Shown here one piece after another: positions 39,360 through 49,606 of a stretch of DNA of 54,953 nt (position 1 is its first letter; every line of letters begins with the position of its first letter). The notes below the pieces were generated by a model that made no database searches, had not been told where the DNA came from, and saw only the letters and a list, made by a program, of their open reading frames with translations. A program made the translations under genes and the position numbers. Source of the DNA: Malacoraja senta (taxonomy: Eukaryota); contig JAXLNO010000453.1 of NCBI GenBank assembly GCA_038087875.1, forward strand, positions 1 to 54,953, read 5' to 3'.

Positions 39360-39640
39360 GTTTGTTTTTTTTTTGTTTTTTTTAAAATATTTTTTATTAT
39401 TGGAGATAAGTACACAATTTATTTACATCATTACAGTCTAACATTTTTAAATTGATAATATTGTCAATTATTATTACATTGTCTCCAATACCTTTTGCCT
39501 TTTTTTAAAAAACTAGATAGAACTAAAGAGATAGATGAAGTAAAGAAAGAAAAGAAAGAGAAGAAGCATAAAAAAAAAAAAAAATTAAAAAAAAAAAAAG
39601 AAAAAAAAAAAAAAAGATAAAAATAGTTAAAGAAGAATGG
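39360..39640 (-). mobile_element. Severely 5'-truncated poly(A)-tailed retroelement 3'UTR (probably L1-clade), antisense
   Basis: T-run at 39360-39383 (poly(A) on minus strand), TTTATT (AATAAA on minus) near 39393, AT-rich body and a pyrimidine-rich tract on the minus strand, the same 3'UTR architecture as the neighbouring L1 copies; no coding part. Confidence 0.65.
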
Positions 39641-39960
39641 AAAAATGTAAAAGGTGTTTTGCATTGAAAATGCAAAAAGGTTTGCTTTAAAAATGCAGTA
39701 GATGGTTTGCTTTGAAAATGCAAAAGGTGGGGTGCTTTGAAAATGCAAAAGGTTGGTTGCTTTAAAAATGCAAAAGGAGGTTTGCTTTCAAAATGCAAAA
39801 GGTTGTTTGCTTTGAAAATGCTGTAGGTGGTTTGCTTTGAAAGTGGAAAATGTGGTTTGCTTTGAAAATACAAAAGGTGGTTTGCTTTGAAAATGCAAAA
39901 GTTGGTTTGCTGGTTTGCATTGAAAATGCAAACGGTGGTTTGCTTTGAAAATGCAAAAGG

Positions 39961-40862
39961 ATACCTATAGTCAATAACCCTTCGTTTAGTCCTTCTATTA
40001 TATATAAAGCTTATACACAATGGGATAGACTAGGAATTAAAACGCTTGGTGACTTGTATGAAACTGGAAAATTACTTTCATTTCAACAATTACAAATAAA
40101 ATATAAACTCGGAAATAATCTATATTTTAAATATTTTCAAATATGCGACTATTTGAAAAAATATACAAAAGATCATTATAATAACCCAGTAGATGTATTG
40201 GACGAGGCAATGCAGATAAAAGCGGAATCAGCAAACTTAATATCATATTTGTATAATATTATTTTAAATGTACAAATACCACCTACGGAGGGTATCAGAA
40301 GAGACTGGGAACAAGAGTTAGCTATTAAAATTTCAAAGGAAAGTTGGAATGAATACTTATTAAACGTGCATAAATGCTCGATTAATGTAAGACACACTTT
40401 AATACAATTTAAAATTTTACATAGATTATATTATTCGAAAACTAAAATTCATAAAATTTTCCCAAACGTATTTGTGATAAATGTCAATCCCATGAAGCTA
40501 CTATAGCGCACTCATTCGTCTTCTGTACAAAAATTCAAAAATTTTGGAATGAAATTTTTGAAATCTTTACAAAGTTATTTAAAACAAGACTGATACCCAA
40601 AGCAGAATGGATTATCTTCGGAATAACGGAAGATGATCCAGAACTAAATGTGTTTCAAAAGAAATTAATGGACTATGGGTTAATAACTGGAAAAAAGCTA
40701 ATTCTAAAATTTTGGAAGAAGGCTCCAATACCAACTATAAATATGTGGATTTCAAATATGTTTGAAACATTACACCTAGAAGAGATAAGACTCCTCCTAG
40801 CAGGTAAACCAGATCACTTCCACCTGACGTGGTCTGCATTTATAGAATTATTACAAACATAG
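39961..40862 (+). pseudogene. L1 ORF2 C-terminal fragment with CCHC zinc knuckle, one frameshift (copy A)
   Basis: Open from the 5' junction (IPIVNNPSF..WDRLGIKTLGDLY..IQFKILHRLYYSK..KIFPNV); the -1 frame then reads CDKCQSHEATIAHSFVFC (C-x2-C-x8-H-x4-C) through to ..WSAFIELLQT stop at 40862. Confidence 0.9.
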
Positions 40863-41295
40863 GGTGCAAAAGTACTTTAAAAAAAAATAAAAAATTGAGG
40901 TCAGGTAAGGGGGGATGATAGTTGAAGAGTTGGTATGTCCTATTTACGTAATACTCAAAAAAATATATATATATTTTTTCTTTTTTTCCTCTCTTTCTCT
41001 TTTTTTTCCTAGGGCCTATCTCTTAACTCTTTTTTTTTTTAGTTTTTAATTTCGCTCTTATAGGGTCTTCGTCCTTTTCTGTTGTTACATTTTCTACACT
41101 TTTCTACACTTTCACTTTTTCCTTCACTTTCTTCTTTCTTTCAATCTTTTCGTTTTCTAGTGTAAAAAATAAAAAATAAAGGGAGTACATTAATTGTAAG
41201 AAGATACAAATAACGAGTATTAATGTATGTGGTTGTAATGTAATGTACTTCTAATAAATAAAAATTAAAAAAATAAAAAATAAATAAATTTAAAA
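39961..41295 (+). mobile_element. 5'-truncated L1-clade LINE, copy A
   Basis: ORF2 C-terminal coding region, T-rich 3'UTR, AATAAA and A-rich tail; AAAATGCAAAAGG on both sides (39948-39960, 41296-41308) fits a target-site duplication. Confidence 0.92.
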
Positions 41296-41383
41296 AAAAT
41301 GCAAAAGGTGGTGTGCTTTGAAAATGCAAAAGGTGGTTTGCTTTAAAAATGCAAAAGGTGGTTTGCTTTGAAAATGCAAAAGG

Positions 41384-42285
41384 ATACCTATAGTCAATAA
41401 CCCTTCGTTTAGTCCTTCTATTATATATAAAGCTTATACACAATGGGATAGACTAGGAATTAAAACGCTTGGTGACTTGTATGAAACTGGAAAATTACTT
41501 TCATTTCAACAATTACAAATAAAATATAAACTCGGAAATAATCTATATTTTAAATATTTTCAAATATGCGACTATTTGAAAAAATATACAAAAGATCATT
41601 ATAATAACCCAGTAGATGTATTGGACGAGGCAATGCAGATAAAAGCGGAATCAGCAAACTTAATATCATATTTGTATAATATTATTTTAAATGTACAAAT
41701 ACCACCTACGGAGGGTATCAGAAGAGACTGGGAACAAGAGTTAGCTATTAAAATTTCAAAGGAAAGTTGGAATGAATACTTATTAAACGTGCATAAATGC
41801 TCGATTAATGTAAGACACACTTTAATACAATTTAAAATTTTACATAGATTATATTATTCGAAAACTAAAATTCATAAAATTTTCCCAAACGTATTTGTGA
41901 TAAATGTCAATCCCATGAAGCTACTATAGCGCACTCATTCGTCTTCTGTACAAAAATTCAAAAATTTTGGAATGAAATTTTTGAAATCTTTACAAAGTTA
42001 TTTAAAACAAGACTGATACCCAAAGCAGAATGGATTATCTTCGGAATAACGGAAGATGATCCAGAACTAAATGTGTTTCAAAAGAAATTAATGGACTATG
42101 GGTTAATAACTGGAAAAAAGCTAATTCTAAAATTTTGGAAGAAGGCTCCAATACCAACTATAAATATGTGGATTTCAAATATGTTTGAAACATTACACCT
42201 AGAAGAGATAAGACTCCTCCTAGCAGGTAAACCAGATCACTTCCACCTGACGTGGTCTGCATTTATAGAATTATTACAAACATAG
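41384..42285 (+). pseudogene. L1 ORF2 C-terminal fragment (copy B)
   Basis: ORFs 41477-41929 and 42073-42285 are identical in translation to 40054-40506 and 40650-40862. Confidence 0.9.
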
Positions 42286-42718
42286 GGTGCAAAAGTACTT
42301 TAAAAAAAAATAAAAAATTGAGGTCAGGTAAGGGGGGATGATAGTTGAAGAGTTGGTATGTCCTATTTACGTAATACTCAAAAAAATATATATATATTTT
42401 TTCTTTTTTTCCTCTCTTTCTCTTTTTTTTCCTAGGGCCTATCTCTTAACTCTTTTTTTTTTTAGTTTTTAATTTCGCTCTTATAGGGTCTTCGTCCTTT
42501 TCTGTTGTTACATTTTCTACACTTTTCTACACTTTCACTTTTTCCTTCACTTTCTTCTTTCTTTCAATCTTTTCGTTTTCTAGTGTAAAAAATAAAAAAT
42601 AAAGGGAGTACATTAATTGTAAGAAGATACAAATAACGAGTATTAATGTATGTGGTTGTAATGTAATGTACTTCTAATAAATAAAAATTAAAAAAATAAA
42701 AAATAAATAAATTAAAAA
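41384..42718 (+). mobile_element. 5'-truncated L1-clade LINE, copy B (tandem duplicate of copy A)
   Basis: Same 5' junction (GG|ATACCTATAG) and same ORFs as copy A, offset 1423 bp; the only difference I noticed is in the A-tail. Confidence 0.92.
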
Positions 42719-43945
42719 AAAATGCAAAAGGTGGTGTGCTTTGAAAATGCAAAAGGTGGTTTGCTTTAAAAATGCAAAAGGTGGTTTGCTTTGAAAATGC
42801 AAAAGGTGGTTTACTTTAAAAATGCTATAGGTGGTTTGCTTTCAAAATGCAAAAAGTGGTTTGCATTGAAAATGCAAAAGGTGGTTTGCTTTGAAAATGC
42901 AAAAAATGGTTTGCTTTGAAAATGGAAAAGGTGTTTTGCTTTGAAAATGCAAAAAGGTTTGCTTTAAAAATGCAGTAGATGGTTTGCTTTGAAAATGGAA
43001 AAGATGGTTTGCTTTGAAAATGCAAAACGTGGTTTGCTTTGAAAATGCAAAAAGGTTTGCTTTAAAAATGCAGTACATGGTTTGCTTTGAAAATGGAAAA
43101 GGTGGTTTGCTTTGAAAATGCAAAAGGTGGTTTGATTTGAAATTACAAAAAAGTGGTTTGCTTTAAAAATGCAGTAGATGGTTTGCTTTGAATATGTAAA
43201 AGGTGGTTTGCTTTGAAAATGTAAAAGGTAGTTTGCTTTGAAAATGCAAAAGGTCGTTTGCTTTGAAAATGCAAAAGGTGGTTTGCTTTGAAAATGAAAA
43301 AGGTGGTTTGCTTTGAAAATACAAAAGATGGTTTGCTTTGAAAATGGAAAAAGGGGTTTGGTATAAAAATGCCAAAAAAAGTGATTTGCTTTGAAAATGC
43401 AAAAGGTGGTTTGCTTTGAAAATGCAAAAGGTCGTTTGCTTTGAAAATGCAAAAGTTGGTTTGCTGGTTTGCATGGAAAATGCAAAAGATGGTTTACTTT
43501 GAAATTGGAAAAGGTGATGTGCTTTGAAAATGCAAATGGTGGTTTGCTTTGAAAATGGAAAAGGTTGTTTGCTTTGAAAATGCAAAAGGTGGTTTACTTT
43601 GAACATGGAAAAGGTGATGTGCTTTGAAAATGTTAAATGTGGTTTGCTTTGAAAATGGAACAGATTGTTTGCTTTGAAAATGCAAAAGTTCGTTTGCTTT
43701 GAAAGTGCAAAAGGTGGTTTGATTTGAAAATGCAAAATGTGGTGTGCTTTGAAAATGCAAAAGATGGTTTGCTTTGAAAATGCTAAATGTGGTTTGCTTT
43801 GAAAATGCAAAAAGTGGTTTGCTTTGAAAATGCAAAAATGGTTCGCTTTGAAAATGCAAAAGGTGGTTTGCTGTAAAAATGCAAAAGGTGGTTTGCCTTG
43901 AAAATACAAAAGGTGGTTTGCTTTGAAAAGGTGGTTTGCTTTGAA

Positions 43946-44292
43946 TTCAATTCTTTTTTTTTTCAATTTTTTCAATCTTTTGGACAAATTTGTCATTTGG
44001 ACCCCTTGAGGTCCAAACGAAATGTCGTTTCTGCAGCCATACAATACAAAACGAAGAAGACAGCGCTGTGATGGAAGGCAAAAAAAACGTATCTCTCCAC
44101 TGCACTCCCCCCCCAATGTCAGAGTCAAAGTCAAAGCCCCCGGCGGGCGATGGTGATTGTCCCGCAGCCATTAAAGCCACGCCGGGTGATGCAAGGTCGC
44201 GCACCGGGTCTTGGTGTTAGAGCCCCGGCGTGCGCTCGCAAAGTCCGGTGGCCATTCCAAGCCGTGCGGGGGGATAAAGCCCCGCTCCAGGT
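43946..44292 (-). mobile_element. GC-rich SINE or non-LTR retroelement 3' fragment with TTGAA-type tail, family uncertain
   Basis: About 345 bp of non-satellite, CpG-rich DNA; the minus strand ends with a stem-loop (43993-44020) and an A-rich tail containing three TTGAA units. Confidence 0.6.
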
Positions 44293-47200
44293 GCTTTGAA
44301 AGCTTTGAAAAGGTGGTTTGCTTTGAAAATGCAAAAGGTGGATTGGTTTGATAGTGCAAACACGTTTGCTTTGAAAATGCAAAAGGTGATTTGCTTTGAA
44401 AATGGAAAAGGTGTTTCCTTTGAAAATGCAAAAGGTGGTCTGCTTTGAAAATGCAAAAGGTGGTTTGCTTTGAAAATGTAGTAGGTGGTTTGCTTTGAAA
44501 ATGGAAAACGTGGTTTGCTTTGAAAATGCAAAGGGTGGTTTGGTATAAAAATGCCAAAAAGTGGTTTGCTTTTAAAATGGAAAAGGTGGTTTGCTTTGAA
44601 AATGCAAAAGGTCGTTTGCTTTGAAAGTGCAAAAGGTGGTTTGCTTTGAAAATGCTAACTGTGGTTTGCTTTGAAAATGCAAAAGTGGTTTGCTTTGAAA
44701 ATGCAAATGGTGGTTTGCTTTGAAAATGCAAATGGTGGTTTGCTATAAAAAATGCCAAAAGGAGGTTTGCTTTGAAAATGAAAAATGTGGTTTGCTTTGA
44801 AAATGCTAAAGTTCGTTTGTTTTGAGAATGCAAAAGGTGGTTTGCTTCGAAAATGCAAAAGCTGGTTTGCTTGTTTGCATTGAAAATGCAAAAGGTGGTT
44901 TGCTTTGAAATTGCAAAAGGTGGTTTGCTTCAAAAATGCATAAAGGTGGTTTGCTTTGAAAATGCAAAAGGTGGTTTGCTTTGAAAAGGTTGTTTGCTTT
45001 GAAAAGGTGATTTGCTTTGAAAATGCAAAAGGTGGATTGCTTTGAAAATGCAAAAAGGTTTGCTTTTAAAATGCAAAAAGGTTTGCTTTTAAAATGCAGT
45101 AGGTGGTTTGCTTTGAAAATGGAAAAGTTGGTTTGCTTTGAAAATGCAAAAGGTGGTTTGCTTTGAAATTGCAAAAAAAGTGGTTTGATTTGAAAATGCA
45201 AAAGGTGGCTTGCTTTCAATATACAAAAGGTTGTTTGCTTTGAAAATGCAAAAGGTGGTTTACTGGTAAAATCCAAAAGGTGGTTTGCTTTGAAAATGCA
45301 AAAGTTGGTTTGCTGGTTTGCATTGAAAATGCAAAAGGTGGTTTACTTTGAAAATGGAAAAGGTGATGTGCTTTGAAAATGCAAATGGTGGTTTGCTTTG
45401 AAAATGGAAAAGGTGGTTTGCTTTGAAAATGCAAAAGGTCGTTTGCTTTGAAAATTTAAAAGGTCGTTTGCTTTGAAAATGCAAAAGTTGGTTTGCTGGT
45501 TTGCATTGAAAAGGCAAAAGGTGGTTTGCTTTGAAAATGCAAAGGTGGTGTGCTTTGAAAATCAAAATGTGATTTGCTTTGAAAATGCAAAAGAGGTTTG
45601 CTTTGAAAATGAAAAAGGTGGTTTGATTTAAAAAAATGCTATAGGTGGTTTGCTTTGAAAATGCAAAAAGTGGTTTGCTTTGAAAATGCAAAAGTTGGTT
45701 TGCTTTGAAAATGCAAAAAGTGGTTTGCTTTAAAAATTCAACAGATGGTTTGCTTTGAAAATGCAAAAAAGGTTTGCTTTAAAAATGCAGTAGATGGTTT
45801 GCTTTGAAAATGGAAAAAAAGGTGGTTTGCTTTGAAAATGCAAAAGATGGTTTGCTTTGAAATTGCAAAAAAAGTTGTTTGCTTTGAAAATGCAAAAGGT
45901 GGTTTGCTTTGAAAATACAAAAGATGGTTTGCTTTGTAAATGGAAAGGTGGTTTGGTATAAAAATGCCAAAAGGTGGTTTGCTTTGAAAATGCAAAAGGT
46001 GGTTTGCTTTGAAAATGGAAAAGGTGTTTTGCTTTGAAAATGCAAAAGTTCGTTTGCTTTGAAAGTGGAAAAGGTGGTTTGCTTTGAAAATGCTAAATGT
46101 GGTTTGCTTTAAAAATGCATCAAGTGGTTCGCATTGAAAATGCAAAAGGTGGTTTGCTTTGAAATTGCAAAAGGTGGTTTGCTTTAACAATGCAAAATGT
46201 GGTTTGCTTTGAAAATGCAAAAGGTGGTTTGCTTTGAAAAGGTGGTTTCTTTGAAAATGCAAAAGTTGGATTGGTTTGAAAATGCAAAAAGATTGCTTTG
46301 AAAATGCAAAACGTGGTTTGCTTTGAAATTGCAAAAGGTGTTTTGTTTTGAAAATGCAAAAGGTGGTCTGCTTTGAAAATGCAAAATGTGGTTTGCTTTT
46401 CAAATGCAAAAGGTGGTTTGCTTTTAAAATGCAAAAGGTGGTTTTCTGGATTGCATTGAAAATCAAAAAGGTGGTTTAGTTTGAAAATGCAAAAGTTGTT
46501 GTGCTTTGAAAATGAAAAAGGTGGTTTGCTTTGAAAATGCCAAAGGTGGTTTGCTTTGAAAATGAAAAGGATCGTTGGCTTTGAAAGTGCAAAAGGTGGT
46601 TTGCTTTGAAATTTCTAAATGTGGTTTTGTTTCAAAATGCAAAAAGGTTTGCTTTGAAAATGCAAAAGGTGGTTTGCTTTGAAAATGGAAAAGTTGTTTT
46701 GCTTTGAAAATGCAAAAGGTGGATTTCTTTGAAAATGCAAAAGGTGGTTTGCTTTGAAAATGCAAAAAGGTTTGCTTTTAAAATGCAGTAGGTGGTTTGC
46801 TTTGAAAATGGAAAATGTGTATGCTTTGAAAATGCAAAAGGTGGTTTGCTTTGAAAATGCAAAAGGTCGTTTGCTTTGAAAATGCAAAAGTTGGTTTGCT
46901 GGTTTGCATTGAAAATGCAAAAGGTGGTTTACTTTGAAAATGGAAAAGGTGATGTGCTTTGAAAATGCAAATGGTGGTTTGCTTTGAAAATGGAAAAGGT
47001 GGTTTGCTTTGAAAATGCAAAAGGTCGTTTGCTTTGAAAATTTAAAAGGTCGTTTGCTTTGAAAATGCAAAAGTCGGTTTGCTGGTTTGCATTGAAAATG
47101 CAAAAGGTGGTTTACTTTGAAAATGGAAAAGGTGATGTGCTTTGAAAATGCAAATGGTGGTTTGCTTTGAAAATGGAAAAGGTGGTTTGCTTTGAAAATG

Positions 47201-47995
47201 CAAAAGGTCGTTTGCTTTGAAAATTTTAAAGGTCGTTTGCTTTGAAAATGCAAAAGTTGGTTTGCTGGTTTGCATTGAAAATGCAAAAGGTGGTTTACTT
47301 TGAAAATGGAAAAGGTGATGTGCTTTGAAAATGCAAATGGTGGTTTGCTTTGAAAATGGAAAAGGTGGTTTGCTTTGAAAATGCAAAAGGTCGTTTGCTT
47401 TGAAAATGCAAAAGGTCGTTTCTTGGAAAATGCAAAAGATGGTTTGCTGGTTTGCATTGAAAATGCAAAATCTAGTTTTCAATGGAAATGCAAAAGGTGG
47501 TTTGCTTTGAAAATGCAAAAGGTGGTTTTCTTTGAAAATGCAAAAGGTGGTTTGGTATGAAAATGCAAAAGGTGGTATGCTTTGAAAATGAAAAAGGTGG
47601 TTTGTTTTGAAAATGCAAAAGGTTTGCTTTGAAAATGCAAAGGGTTTGCTTCGAAAATGCAAATAGTGGTTTGCTTTGAAGGGCAAATGTTGGTTTGCTT
47701 TCAAAATGGAAAATGTGGTTTGCTATAAAAATGCCAAAGGTTGGTTTGCTTTGAAAATGCAAAATGTGGTTTGCTTTGAAAATGCAAAAGGTCGTTTGTT
47801 TTGAAAATGCAAAAGGTGATTTGCTTTGAAAATACAAAAGGTGGTTTGCTTTGAATAGGTGGTTTGCTTTGAAAATGCAAAAGGTGCATTGCTTTGGAAA
47901 TGCAAAAGGGGGATTGCTTTGAAAATGCAAAAAGGTCTGCTTTGAAAATGCAAAAGGTGGTTTACTTTGAAAATGGAAAAGGTGATGTGCTTTCA

Positions 47996-49606
47996 AATAT
48001 AAATCACATAGAATACAAAAAACTCATCTGAATAAACCTAAAGTATTAGGGGGTTTCGCACTACCTAATTTTATGTATTATTATTGGTCAGTAAATATTA
48101 AAAATATGATTCAACTGATGGATAACTCCGCCCAGCAAGTGGACTGGATTGTAATGGAGAAAGAGGATTGCTCCTCTAGAAACATTGGAGCGATCCTCAT
48201 TTCTCCAATGAAATTGAATAACATAAATTATAATAAGAACCCAATTATTCATAGTACAATCCGAATTTGGAAACAAATAAAACAAAATTTAAAATTAAGA
48301 AATTTATCACTTTTATTACCTATAGTTAATAACCCTTCGTTTAATCCCTCTATTATAGATAAATCTTTTACACATTGGGATAGACTAGGAATTAAAACGC
48401 TTGGTGACTTGTATGAAACTGGAAAATTACTTTCATTTCAACAATTACAAATAAAATATAAACTCGGAAATAATCAATATTTTAAATATTTTCAAATATG
48501 CGACTATTTGAAAAAATATACAAAAGATCATTATAATAACCCAGTAGATGTATTGGACGAGGCAATGCAGATAAAAGCTGAATCAGCAAACTTAATATCA
48601 TATTTGTATAATATTATCTTAAATGTACAAATACCATCTACGGAGGGTATCAGAAGAGACTGGGAACAAGAGTTAGCTATTAAAATTTCAAAGGAAATTT
48701 GGAATGAACACATTAAACGTGCATAAATGCTCGATTAATGTAAGACACACTTTAATACAATTTAAAATTTTACATAGATTATATTATTCGAAAACTAAAA
48801 TTCATAAAATTTTCCCAAACGTATTTGTGATAAATGTCAATCCCAAGAAGCTACTATAGCGCACTCATTCGTCTTCTGTACAAAAATTCAAAAAATTTGG
48901 AATTAAATTTTTGAAATCTTTACAAAGTTATTTAAAACAAGACTGATACCCAAAGCAGAATGGATTATCTTCGGAATAACGGAAGATGGTCCAGAACTAA
49001 ATGTGTTTCAAAAGAAACTAATAGACTATGGGTTAATAATTGGAAAAAAGCTAATTCTAAAATTTTGGAAGAAGGCTCCTATACCAACTATAAATATGTG
49101 GATTTCAAATATGTTTGAAACATTACACCTAGAAGAGATAAGACTCCTCCTAGCAGGTAAACCAGATCACTTCCACCTGACGTGGTCTGCATTTATAGAA
49201 TTATTACAAATATAGGGTGCAAAAGTACTTTAAAAAAAAATTGAGGTTAGGTAAGGGGGGATGATAGTTGAAGAGTTGGTATGCCCCATTTACGTAATGC
49301 TCATAAAAATATTTGTTTCTCTCTTTTTCCTCTTTCTCTTTCTCTTTCTTTTCTAGGGTCTATTCTTTAACTCTTTTTCTTTTGTTTTTAATTTTGCTCT
49401 TATAGGGTCTTCGTCCTTTTTTGTTGTCACATTTTTTTACACTTTCACTTTTTCCTTCACTTTCTTCTTTCTTTCAATCTTTTCCTTTTCTAGTGTAAAA
49501 AATAAATGGAGTACACTAATTGTAAGAAGATATAAATGACGAGTACTGATTTATGAGGTTGTAATGTACTTCTAATAAATAAAAATAAAAAAAATAAAAA
49601 AATAAA
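47996..49606 (+). mobile_element. 5'-truncated L1-clade LINE, copy C (independent insertion, same family as A/B)
   Basis: Extends about 320 bp further 5' than A/B; flanks rejoin to the local motif GGTGATGTGCTTT(G)|AAAATGCAAATGGTGG; diverged 3'UTR; AATAAA and A-tail. Confidence 0.92.
47998..49215 (+). pseudogene. L1 ORF2 C-terminal fragment (copy C), multiply disrupted
   Basis: YKSHRIQKTHLNKPKVLGGFALPNFMYYYW is the typical L1-clade post-RT motif; private 2-nt deletion near 48708, the shared frameshift near 48822 and a GAA>TAA stop at 48904. Confidence 0.9.

Noticed and set aside
43947..44382. ORFs or a tRNA/structural RNA gene in the GC-rich insert
   Set aside because: No recognisable protein motif, cloverleaf or clear Pol III A/B boxes.
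40176..48713. Minus-strand ORFs inside the L1 copies (40176-40397, 41599-41820, 48088-48285, 48531-48713)
   Set aside because: Antisense shadows of ORF2 with no independent evidence.
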